Assembly (NCBI GenBank): GCA_030141605.1
Contig: JAQGDQ010000024.1
Coordinates: forward strand, 930,001 to 994,000
DNA length: 64,000 bases
Direction: 5' to 3'
Source: Tubiluchus corallicola
Lineage: Eukaryota > Animalia > Priapulida
The notes below the pieces were generated by a model. That model had not been told where the DNA came from, made no database searches, and saw nothing but the letters and a program-made list of their open reading frames with translations. Shown in pieces: positions 56,801-63,670 of this stretch; positions within the stretch are counted from its first letter, which is position 1, and every line of letters begins with the position of its first letter. Both the position numbers and the translations under genes were made by a program.

Positions 56801-59800
56801 TCAGCAGAACAGACCGGGCATCAGGACCATTGTTAACAATAGCACATCTATACAGTCCCTCGTCATCATCTTTAACTTTCCTGATTCTCAGTATGAACAC
56901 CGTCAAATCTGCACGCTCATCAAAATCAGAATCAGACATGCGTGCAGTGAAACGATCATCGGTCGTCAAGGGAACAGTACCACGAGTGAGTATATCAATT
57001 CTACTTCCAGTAACTTTCTGCCACTCGACCTAAAATTAAAAGCGGCGAAAAGTCATAAAACACGTTTTTAAACGAAATTTAGCAATAATATTCATCAGTT
57101 CAAAATGAAAATAAGTAACAGGAAACACCACTAATTCCTGCAACAATTTTACACCATGATAAGTAATTTTATAGATTTACCATCATCAGAGAACATGCAT
57201 AAAACTACCATCTATTAAATTCCAGATTTAGCAGTATTTACGCTTTATTTTCAAGTAAAGATATTATATACTTATTGACAAATCTTACCGTATCATCAGT
57301 GCCTAGTCGAGACACATAGCATCGCAGTATAACATTATCACCACTCGTGGCACTAGTATCTTGTGAGATATCAATTACTTCAGCTGTTCTTCTTGACAAG
57401 TTCTCTGAAAAAAAATAAAGTGCATCCTTTATACATCATCATCAAAATATATTAATTGTGCACAACTATACAACACATATTGAATTTACAAGTAAATTTA
57501 TGTACTAGCTCAACTGAAATCTTTAACAAAAATTTTGCACATGTAAAAATGTTAGTAAAAGCGTTACATTTTACTTATCAGAAGTAAAATGGCAGCTGAA
57601 AATTGACAAAATCAATAACAACAATAATCATTAAATACAAACACACAATACAAACACACCCATTCAAATGATCCAAGAAAAATATATGTACATCTCAAAA
57701 AATTATGCAAATCCTTCTTGTTTCAGTAACCCTTAGTAATAAATCCTAAAAGGTAAAAAGACTTTCAAAAAAGAGATACCACAAAAAAGACACACAACAA
57801 ACACTGACTTAATATTAAAAAGGGATATTCTTCTTCCCAAATAAAATAAATAAATTCTTAGTATCACAGCTTAAAACGTACAGAAATAATAGACAAACTA
57901 ATTACACATAATAACAAACAAGCGAATTCCGAGTTGTTCGCATAACACAATTCTGATAAGTAGACCAAGAAAGTACATATATGTCAAATATCAACCGACA
58001 CCAAGAAATTTAACACTGTTCCTCTACAAAGAAATACAATGCATTATTTCATAGTTGTGAGTAACAAGACTGCACACAAATCTATTCAAAACCATTGCCA
58101 TCCGTCACCAAATGAATTTTCTAGACATTTATTGCACTGTGCATGCAGTTTTACCATGTCAGATCCTAATACCTTGGTCTCTCTCCAGCTGACTATTTCT
58201 GGCTTTGTCAATGCTAGTCAATGTGTTTTTGTTGGCCAGTTCATTAGTACGATTACGTACATGAGCTAAATAAAAATCCTGCCTTGGTGTAAAAGTTCAC
58301 ATTTAAACCAGGACAAAATAAAGTGACAAAGAAAAAATAACAAGGAGAATAAAAGTTTTAACTGAATGTTCTCAGCTACTTTCTTTTCAGCCATTACTGT
58401 ACTGTCAATCAATGCAAAATACAAAATACTTTACTAAAATATTGTCATTTCTTAATCATCAACAAACTCCATTATGCAAAACAAAATTAATTGTTGTGTA
58501 ATGGTTTAGTTTAAAGGAAGACAGGATGATATACTACCCCATTTTCACGTATACATTTTAACACAGTTAATACTGCAATTTCTGATAACTAAATAACAGA
58601 TTAAAAACTTAGTAAAAGGTGGACGGGCACAACTATTGATGACATCATAAAGGAAAATAATTTTCAAAAGCGAAAATATTCCATTAACATGTAACACGTG
58701 TTTGCGAAAGCGAAAACTGAAGTACAGTGCTACTGTAAAATATTCAGTGGGTGTACAGTCTAAGATTGGGTCCAGTTTTGCTTTAATTTCTACACGTGTA
58801 ATTTTAATTTTAACTTCAAAACTTTAAAAATACAAAATTCAGAAAGTCAAATTTCAAAATAGTAATAACCAAAATAATGAACGAAAGAAATAATTCTAAA
58901 AATTACCAACACATTTTTTGCTTTCGTGATGACAACAAAACTTAATCTGTTCAGTTGGCCTTAAATGATAAATTTTGTACTTCCAAGGTAATACATATTA
59001 CACTCAACTAAAAAAAAAACTGAAAATAATACCTGACTTAATAACGACTTTAACTGAATCGGAAACTGTGGGGTTCGTGTCGCTAACTACACATCTGTAC
59101 TCTCCCCCATCGCTAGGCATTGCGTCCCTGATTGTCAAAACATATCGCTGATCCATCTCTGAAGCTCTTTCCGTTGATGCAAAAACACCTGGTCTGATTG
59201 ACTTCACCTCATTGTCAATGGACATTACCCGAGCAACTCCGCGGCGTAAAAACTCCCATCTTACCTAAAAGATCAATTTTAAAACATCAAATGATGAAAA
59301 TAACACATAGTAAGTCCAAACCTAATATGATCACTTTTTTTATAGTGATTTAGATATGCCAGACATAAGTAGGTAAGTGGGTATAGACAAGGCATCTGTT
59401 TTTTATCAGAAAGGTCATGGGTTTCACAAAGTCCCCAAAATCTTCAAAAAATTATACCCACGGGGCGGCTCAACACTTTATGATGCCGTAGGCTAATAGT
59501 TCTGTTCCAACCATCTGTATGGTGAATTTATGGTTGTTTATGTAATGAGCAGATTAAACAATTACTTGTGGTTTATTAGAAACACTTTTAACTTAGTTTC
59601 TATGTTGTCATTATTAGTTACATATATTTGCATAGCACTTATAATAATCAAGCAAGCTCCGCAACTGCTTGTTGTGTAATACCTTACATTTGTTCGTTAC
59701 GTGGCACTTATATAAAAGATGCAACCAGTAACTGCCTGTGGCATGTTATAAAATGCGCCCTTTACAAGAATGTGAAAGTATACACTTTTTCCAATGAGAA

Positions 59801-62800
59801 TAAGAATTTTTTTGAAAATGCGACGCCCTCAAACTTTGGCGCCCTAGGCTTAGCCTAGTTAGCCTATTGGTTAATACCCCCTGATTATACCCAGTGTTCT
59901 GCAGATGTCTGGATTTAATGAAGTATATAAGTAACTTTTCTATTGTTTGTTCGTCTGCCATTGTCATGTTGATGCACTGACAAGCCTAAATAGACCCAAA
60001 TTAACTGTTCACAAAATTAACTTCAACAAAGCACTATTATAATTACTGCTATTGATACTATTACGAGTAGTACTACTCTAGCAAAAATTTAATTTGCAAA
60101 AAATCCTCCAGAAATATATGATGCCAAAAAATGTAAACTGATCCAGATCTTACATTCTGTTCTTTGGAAAGTCCAGAAACCACGCAATAAATGGACACAT
60201 CTCGTCCTCGACGAACTCTGACATCACTAGATATTTCTGTAATTTCTGGTAACTGTTCATCACTAGAAAGTTGTTCATAGCCAGGAAACTCATCACCATT
60301 TACGCAAGTTTTTGGCCGGAAAAGATTAAGTGGTCGTCCAGCTAAAATCAAGAAACTGGCATTCATTAGCAATTTACAAACCGGGAAGACTTTCGAAAAC
60401 CTGCAAAGTAGTTTTGAGAAACATATATTACACAATGCATGTAAATAGAAATTAAAATTTAAAAAAAGGATATTTCTGCTTTAATAAAAAATTGACATGT
60501 CACATATATCTAGCACATTAGAGAAATATTTAAATATCATTGCTGCGGCATTTATATGTCTAAAGTTTTGTGGATTTTTTAACTACAAAGCAGTCATTTT
60601 ATAGATGAAGGGTCTAAGAAAGAGTCCTAATGTTCTAAGTAAACAGCTGCTGCAAGTCCCTCTGTAATATGCAGGGATGAGAATGACAAATTGCAAAAAA
60701 CTCTGAAACAGGCCGTGTAGCCCCCTTGGAGCCAGCAACAAATTGCAATTTTGTGACCATAGAGAGCCCCTAAGTGGACTTAAAAAACCAGTTACCTTGT
60801 TTCATACATAATTTAAAATACCCAACTATCAAGGATACATGACACCTAATTGTCTCAAAAACGCCTAAGTACTGGCCGCTCCTATGCAAAAGTATATAAA
60901 AACTGTCTGCAATTGACTCAAATAACTCCGCACAATTGACTACATATTTATATACATAGAGATATACACGTGGTTACACTGATGTACATGATATAAACAA
61001 AGTGACGGCCTGCCAACTAGCGGTCAGCTTGTGAAATAATGTACTGGGTCCGTAAAAATTTTCTCAAAGAATTTATGCGATTTACGAAAATGGCACTACT
61101 GGTCTTCCAAAAACTCGGAATTCCGCTTATCCGCGGAAAATTCTCATCCCAGAATATGTCAGGAAAAGTAAGATCTACTCACTCGATAAAACACATGCTA
61201 AACAATGATACACTTTTATTTATTTTTGCATGTCAAATAAACTAAAAACATAAATAAAGCAGGAAAGATATCTCACCATCATAACAAACAAGAGGACCAA
61301 CGAAATGATATCCTTCCTCATCTTCACCAACAGTGTCGCCAAACTTTACAGCAGTAATTGGAAGATGGTTCTTGTTTATTACAATGCCATCATCTTCTTC
61401 CCAAGATTGCAAATTTGCATCACAGTTACAACTATAAATACACAGTTACCACTGACTGTTTGTGTAAATGCAAACTATTTTTTTATATTCATGTAAAATG
61501 AAGCACAAAATACATAAACCGATGTATGGAGGTTCATATGAATGGCATTCAGTACTTATAACAAACAACGTGAACACATTTATTAAATGGTCTTCAATTA
61601 ATTCAGAACTCTACTTTGCTTATATCTTACTGGTAATCATTATATGGATTGTATACACATATAACCAATATCAGTGGTACGTGGTAATGTATGTGTATGT
61701 GGATGTGTACGTGTGAGATTCAGAAAAGTTTGTTGAAATGAAAGTTGTTTTCTCTGACTCTAAACATGGCTCTAAACTGTGTAGTTGACGCAGCTCTTTA
61801 TATTGGATTGGAACAATTAGTGGTTTAAAGTGCAATTTCAATAGACTTTTTTCAATACAATTTAAAATAAAACGAGGAATTATACAAACGCACAAATGTA
61901 AGATGGAGTTAAACATTTGAGCTAACATGCAAATGCTTACAATTTTTCTCTGTCGATACACGTATTAGGAGATCCAGCTGCTCCACATGCGCATCTTTCT
62001 TCCTCATTTCGCTGAGTTGGTTCTGCACCAGGGAAGTACTTCTGCTCGTCGCCCCTTCTCGAAAACCACCGTGCATAGCTAAATAACAAAATTAATATAT
62101 TGTATTAGCATTGTATAATGCTAAAAGTGCAATTTCGCATGTGAGACAGATTGCCTCTAAGTGCGCTTACAATGTGACCAATGAGCAGAATTATCTTGTC
62201 TTATTTGTGAAAGATATTGTGAATGCAATAGAGCATTAACACTTTGAATTTTTGAACAGAAATGCACTTAATCTGATACTAAATTAAGTAATGAATTATT
62301 TTTATTGTACTCTCCTTGACTAACTGCTGTATTATTCATTGTCCCTTTTTGTTTAAATTGTTATAATGTGTAAATATTCTTATTTTTATGCTACTAACAA
62401 ATTTAAAATTGTACTGCAATTTCAAAATAAATAGTAATAATAACATTTAACAAACAATGTTGCACAATTTCTTTGTGATACATGTAATTTAGCGGTAGCA
62501 AAGTAACTCTTTTTAATTTTTTTTAGACTTTGCTTATCTACTATTGAGCAACTTAGCACAAGAAAAACCGGATACAAATACAATGGCAAAAATAAAATGA
62601 AACATACACAGTATCTGGATACATGGAGCTATGTATCAAGCTGCCCTTGCATTCGTAACGTAAATATTGCTCACACCGTGTTGACATTTCCATTAAGCTA
62701 ATTATCTGATCCAAGTTTGCATCTGTAAAAGTAATTACATCAAACAACTACATTAGTCTATACATTAAACAATGATATTCCCGAATTTCTTTTTCAATGT

Positions 62801-63670
62801 TTTCAGAACTTAAAAACAAATCCAAACAAATACTATGTAATGACAAAATCTAAAACAACATAAATTCACAATTAAGACACTTGCTAAGCAGTGAAAAACT
62901 GTTAACTGCCAGTATTAAAAATGTAAACTTTTGACACACAATTTACAAAACTTGCCTTAAATTTTTATATTGTCTACATATAGTTTTACTTTGAGCAGAC
63001 TTAGCAGTTGATACATTCAGAGTTAGCATTTATCTTGTTAAATTTAAAAAATTAAACTCCTAGCTAATGGCTGACCTGTCAAAAATATGAAGCAAATCCG
63101 TTGCAACATCTACATTTTGAAAAAGACAAGCAAAAAGTGGACAAATTGTACATTTGGCTTGGTAAAAAATGTAATAAAATCATTACGGCACATAATGTAA
63201 ATATAATGCAGTATTTCAAGGGTGACATAACTGTTATATGAATATGATATAAATGTTCTTGTATAAAACAAAGATAACATACCTGGGTAATCAACAACAT
63301 GCGTGTAAGAATCAGGACCATCGCCAGGGTTTTCGTAACCGTCAACATTAAAACACCTTGTTGAGGTATGATTGACAACAGTAATTCCTAGAGAAAAAAA
63401 TAAAATGTTAATCTTAAAATAACTGCTGAATCAAATTTTACAATATCCTAATTGGTACCTAAAAGATAGTTTTAACTATTCGGGAAAATGCAAAAACAGC
63501 ATTAATTCTAGTGCATATTGAAAACATAGACTACATACCACCATACGTCTTGGAAAAAATACAGTTGACCTTGAAAGGCCTTAAAGGACCAGAACTGTCA
63601 GGATCAATGTAGTACTGTCCATCAGCAAAAACATTCTCATTCTCATAGTATTCAGCACAGGTACGATATA
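773..63670 (-). CDS. Giant multi-exon poly-Ig protein, partial at both ends: CASPR-type fibrinogen-like domain + 3 V-Ig + SUEL lectin + 27 V-Ig
   Basis: About 70 exons with GT-AG sites whose lengths are phase-consistent; recurrent LEC.V.GL / V.W / F.L.I...D.G.Y.C Ig motifs. Confidence 0.9.
1162..3635 (-). mobile_element. Decayed Academ-like DNA transposon
   Basis: Termini TAGTCTA...TAGACTA, long imperfect TIRs (ttctaaaagtgggcaacat / aaaaattagcggaaagg), 3-bp TSD CAA; frameshifted XPG-like remnant at 2320-2760 (HAxS-CDQTSAFRNR, EAF..LEHFAVFLY, VPPT). Confidence 0.75.
2852..3307. mobile_element. Tc1/mariner-pogo-type MITE nested in the Academ-like element
   Basis: TIR CAGTCAACCTTGGATATAAGG / CCTTATACCCGAGGTTGACTG, TA on both sides. 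Confidence 0.85.
4295..4416 (-). CDS. Ig30 A exon (phase 1-0)
   Basis: GGDTSSTGARIEEITSD...LECVVSGLRGSTK. Confidence 0.85.
5822..6044 (-). CDS. Ig29 B exon
   Basis: VRWQKG...DSGVYRC. Confidence 0.9.
6384..6496 (-). CDS. Ig29 A exon
   Basis: SEITFISSNMNK...LECTVSGLTGRFT. Confidence 0.88.
6873..7095 (-). CDS. Ig28 B exon
   Basis: VDWEKI...DEGQFRC. Confidence 0.9.
7578..7684 (-). CDS. Ig28 A exon
   Basis: GSGAFITFISSDVTARRSQTVTLECEVDGLESRTT. Confidence 0.88.
8109..8337 (-). CDS. Ig27 B exon
   Basis: VRWEKRR...DDGTYRC. Confidence 0.9.
8910..9025 (-). CDS. Ig27 A exon
   Basis: NGGTSTPTIIRVTPDITVREESTIILLCSATGLSGSDT. Confidence 0.87.
9410..9614 (-). CDS. Ig26 B exon
   Basis: VEWEFIS...DAGFYRC. 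Confidence 0.9.
9981..10090 (-). CDS. Ig26 A exon
   Basis: TGSDARITFISD...LECEVDDLPSSRN. Confidence 0.88.
10293..10521 (-). CDS. Ig25 B exon
   Basis: Copy of 8109-8337. Confidence 0.88.
11093..11208 (-). CDS. Ig25 A exon
   Basis: Copy of 8910-9025. Confidence 0.86.
11575..11779 (-). CDS. Ig24 B exon
   Basis: Copy of 9410-9614. Confidence 0.88.
12146..12255 (-). CDS. Ig24 A exon
   Basis: Copy of 9981-10090. Confidence 0.86.
12458..12686 (-). CDS. Ig23 B exon
   Basis: Copy of 8109-8337. Confidence 0.88.
13258..13373 (-). CDS. Ig23 A exon
   Basis: Copy of 8910-9025. Confidence 0.86.
13730..13899 (-). CDS. Ig22 B exon (5' part lost in assembly gap)
   Basis: LLTRGDNV...DAGFYRC. Confidence 0.85.
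13900..13999. other. Assembly gap (100 N)
   Basis: Run of exactly 100 N. Confidence 1.
14351..14460 (-). CDS. Ig22 A exon
   Basis: TGSDARITFISERTSLQNLDELELDCEVDDLPTSRD. Confidence 0.88.
15486..15717 (-). CDS. Ig21 B exon
   Basis: VSWQKRR...DEDTYRC. Confidence 0.9.
15862..16005. repeat. Degenerate (ACT/ACC)n trinucleotide tract
   Basis: Visible low-complexity run. Confidence 0.85.
16274..16380 (-). CDS. Ig21 A exon
   Basis: GTKLSIVRITPEITVREDARISLRCSVSGNLGSDV. Confidence 0.87.
17573..17795 (-). CDS. Ig20 B exon
   Basis: IQWHKV...DDGTYRC. Confidence 0.9.
18250..18672 (+). mobile_element. 3' remnant of hAT Buster/Charlie-type transposon
   Basis: Frameshifted SYSCEQTFSTMAVVKNKYR..LQLEHDMCLALS..RIEKLASQKQAQPSH* (ZBED5/Buster-like C-terminus); end AAAGGTTGAAAACCACTG followed by ATCTAGTA (close to the NTCTAGAN target); left boundary approximate. 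Confidence 0.8.
19545..19648 (-). CDS. Ig20 A exon
   Basis: ETAITKVLADPKEVSVGRTLLLECYVFERTRSEK. Confidence 0.85.
20239..20464 (-). CDS. Ig19 B exon
   Basis: VEWYYVE...HFGSYRC. Confidence 0.88.
20736..20842 (-). CDS. Ig19 A exon
   Basis: SDDVEITFITD...IECTVRGLTGDDT. Confidence 0.88.
22980..23202 (-). CDS. Ig18 B exon
   Basis: VEWLKIS...DAGTYSC. Confidence 0.9.
23504..23604 (-). CDS. Ig18 A exon
   Basis: EATITGITPARTVDEGEDVVYECFVAGLTGSTT. Confidence 0.88.
24604..24853 (-). CDS. Ig17 B exon
   Basis: VEWIFIDSR...DEGRYRC. Confidence 0.9.
26112..26218 (-). CDS. Ig17 A exon
   Basis: LIEEISVDQELQSGEELLLECFVSGLQQST. Confidence 0.88.
27298..27512. repeat. Near-perfect 109-bp tandem duplication (intronic)
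   Basis: caaaaccacaaacataag...tagtattata at 27298 and 27407. Confidence 0.9.
27631..27859 (-). CDS. Ig16 B exon
   Basis: IEWQKV...DEGTYRC. Confidence 0.9.
29918..29949. repeat. (TA)n microsatellite
   Basis: Direct run. Confidence 0.9.
30007..30113 (-). CDS. Ig16 A exon
   Basis: SNENVVIEEISPPQTVDVGNSAFLECFVTGLDSST. Confidence 0.88.
31397..31619 (-). CDS. Ig15 B exon
   Basis: VQWIKLDGS...DEGLYRC. Confidence 0.9.
31790..32023 (-). mobile_element. Possible tRNA-derived SINE fragment
   Basis: Minus-strand head with A-box-like GTGGCATGACCGAGTGG and B-box-like GGTTCGAAT; 3' extent uncertain. Confidence 0.4.
32617..32943 (-). CDS. Fused Ig14 B + Ig15 A exon (phase 0-0)
   Basis: VQWITLDSR...DDGSYRC...LRCEVSNLGDYT. 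Confidence 0.92.
33979..34302 (-). CDS. Fused Ig13 B + Ig14 A exon (phase 0-0)
   Basis: VQWIKLDGS...DSGRYRC...LECYVSGLESST. Confidence 0.92.
34620..34955 (-). CDS. Fused Ig12 B + Ig13 A exon (phase 0-0)
   Basis: AQWITLDSR...DDGNYRC...LRCYVTGLARST. Confidence 0.92.
35066..35169 (-). CDS. Ig12 A exon
   Basis: TSEDPRIESISGDDVDRGDSARLTCSISGLTEST. Confidence 0.88.
35649..35872. repeat. (GAT)n microsatellite with an internally duplicated GAA interruption
   Basis: Direct run. Confidence 0.95.
36671..36893 (-). CDS. Ig11 B exon
   Basis: AEWQLME...DEGTYRC. Confidence 0.9.
37680..37792 (-). CDS. Ig11 A exon
   Basis: SLPSGVAIADITDD...LECFVQGLTGSNT. Confidence 0.88.
39540..39750 (-). CDS. Ig10 B exon
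   Basis: VEWSLG...DGGTYQC. Confidence 0.9.
40086..40195 (-). CDS. Ig10 A exon
   Basis: TSVEDPEIVDISS...LECTVTGLITAT. Confidence 0.88.
40747..40812 (-). CDS. Candidate 66-nt phase 1-1 linker exon
   Basis: ttacag|DLYCPLSHFSQCDTFPTLTVDS|gtaagt, open in frame. Confidence 0.5.
40907..41129 (-). CDS. Ig9 B exon
   Basis: ATWTHIDDRGDE...DSGTYRC. Confidence 0.9.
41968..42089 (-). CDS. Ig9 A exon
   Basis: PEIVEITGNKVVDSGDNVALECYVFGLQSST. Confidence 0.87.
42222..42432 (-). CDS. Ig8 B exon
   Basis: VEWKKG...DLGRYTC. Confidence 0.9.
43138..43241 (-). CDS. Ig8 A exon
   Basis: TGDPEIVEISQDQKVNLGDTLTLECFVSNLGEER. Confidence 0.88.
44803..44883 (+). mobile_element. 3' end of CR1/L2-type LINE ORF2
   Basis: Translates DLWNSLLEDVIRLQTIDGFKNALDKYL (WNSLP...FK..LD C-terminal motif). 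Confidence 0.65.
45126..45167 (-). CDS. Candidate 42-nt phase 1-1 linker exon
   Basis: ttattatag|DAPRKSLAVQERLS|gtaaa. Confidence 0.6.
45884..46106 (-). CDS. Ig7 B exon
   Basis: VSWKRT...DEGIYTC. Confidence 0.9.
47098..47210 (-). CDS. Ig7 A exon
   Basis: SLTNDRPAIVDHS...LDCAVSNLSSGT; weak AAG acceptor. Confidence 0.82.
47688..47910 (-). CDS. Ig6 B exon
   Basis: LEWYKQ...DSGSYKC. Confidence 0.9.
48094..48200 (-). CDS. Ig6 A exon
   Basis: NDKDPEIVDITNN...LECFATDLAGYD. Confidence 0.88.
48254..48431. repeat. AT-rich inverted repeat / MITE-like hairpin
   Basis: taataaagacatcaacta...tagttgatgtctttatta, with imperfect pairing further inward. Confidence 0.75.
49021..49658. mobile_element. Unclassified non-autonomous TIR element
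   Basis: tatgtgtgcttaca..tccataagtcggc and inverted gccgacttatgga..tgcaagcacaaata. Confidence 0.6.
49721..49946 (-). CDS. Ig5 B exon
   Basis: VEWLKK...DAGTYIC. Confidence 0.9.
50059..50180 (-). CDS. Ig5 A exon
   Basis: RIVTISDDKTARFGGYVTLECIVDGLKDGIV. Confidence 0.85.
51113..51221 (-). CDS. Ig4 B2 exon (phase 0-1)
   Basis: FFIMMIFKSRKSDEGIYVCATTG... Confidence 0.85.
51471..51590 (-). CDS. Ig4 B1 exon (phase 0-0)
   Basis: AGWSKKR...LTSGAKTVTRDPRISV...GTK. Confidence 0.85.
51701..51816 (-). CDS. Ig4 A exon
   Basis: ATITEVTSS...LECLVRGLDEDET. Confidence 0.87.
52209..52538 (-). CDS. SUEL / Gal_Lectin (rhamnose-binding lectin family) domain exon, phase 1-1
   Basis: ACE..IAC..FGR..C..C..CNGKEEC..C...KY..Y.C, eight-Cys pattern. 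Confidence 0.85.
52910..52945 (-). CDS. 36-nt phase 1-1 linker exon
   Basis: ttttag|GRRNPSTDLALD|gtatg. Confidence 0.65.
53241..53463 (-). CDS. Ig3 B exon
   Basis: VTWSLV...DTGVYEC. Confidence 0.9.
53613..54208 (+). mobile_element. Internally deleted hAT Tip100/ZMYM1-like element
   Basis: Ends CAGTGGCGTC...GATGCCCCTG; internal frameshifted TGQSRLSDLAVLSVESDL..DFDEEIDKFA (C-terminal transposase motif). Confidence 0.75.
54782..54921 (-). CDS. Ig3 A exon
   Basis: DFQNDRASDRGDSKAEVIDISAD...LECFVIGLSEGES. Confidence 0.86.
55625..55693 (-). CDS. Candidate 69-nt phase 1-1 linker exon
   Basis: gttacag|VIEPAPPGLLLKDRRFRFNSELQ|gtaagt. Confidence 0.6.
56321..56338 (-). CDS. Candidate 18-nt phase 1-1 micro-exon
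   Basis: gttttttatag|DDKKTQ|gtaaga, strong sites on both sides. Confidence 0.6.
56792..57029 (-). CDS. Ig2 B exon
   Basis: VEWQKV...DEGLYRC. Confidence 0.9.
57289..57404 (-). CDS. Ig2 A exon
   Basis: AEVIDISQDTSATSGDNVILRCYVSRLGTDDT. Confidence 0.88.
59033..59264 (-). CDS. Ig1 B exon
   Basis: VRWEFL...DGGEYRC. Confidence 0.9.
59459..59883. mobile_element. hAT (Tip100-like) MITE
   Basis: Flanked by 8-bp direct repeat ATTATACC; ends CACGGGGCGG...TACCCCCTG; subterminal ggcgccctaggc..gcctagttagcctatt also seen near 18875-18912. Confidence 0.7.
60154..60341 (-). CDS. Linker + Ig1 A exon
   Basis: GRPLNLFRPKTC...PEITEISSDVRVRRGRDVSIYCVVSGLSKEQN. Confidence 0.88.
61277..61431 (-). CDS. CASPR-type fibrinogen-like domain exon 5
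   Basis: CNCDANLQSWEEDDGIVINKNHLPITAVKFGDT...GYHFVGPLVCYD. Confidence 0.9.
61941..62078 (-). CDS. CASPR-type fibrinogen-like domain exon 4
   Basis: YARWFSRRGDEQKYFPGA...CACGAAGSPNTCID. Confidence 0.9.
62608..62722 (-). CDS. CASPR-type fibrinogen-like domain exon 3
   Basis: ANLDQIISLMEMSTRCEQYLRYECKGSLI. Confidence 0.9.
63283..63387 (-). CDS. CASPR-type fibrinogen-like domain exon 2
   Basis: ITVVNHTS...VDGYENPG...SYTHVVDYP. Confidence 0.88.
63539..63670 (-). CDS. CASPR-type fibrinogen-like domain exon 1
   Basis: YRTCAEYYE...DGQYYIDPDSSGPLRPFKVNC. Confidence 0.9.

Noticed and set aside
781-57033. Numerous short + strand ORFs (e.g. 781, 17461, 22985, 27675, 39626, 56728)
   Set aside because: Antisense shadows of the Ig exons or random AT-rich ORFs with no recognisable motifs
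58085-58213. A-exon-like peptide ALTKPEIVSWRETKVLGSDMVKLHAQC
   Set aside because: Poor acceptor, Cys out of register, no donor at the expected place, and no B partner needed
773-63670. Identification as Dscam, hemicentin, titin or FREP
   Set aside because: No clusters of mutually exclusive like exons, no FN3/vWA/TSP1 seen, V-type spacing, and FBG type/order differ
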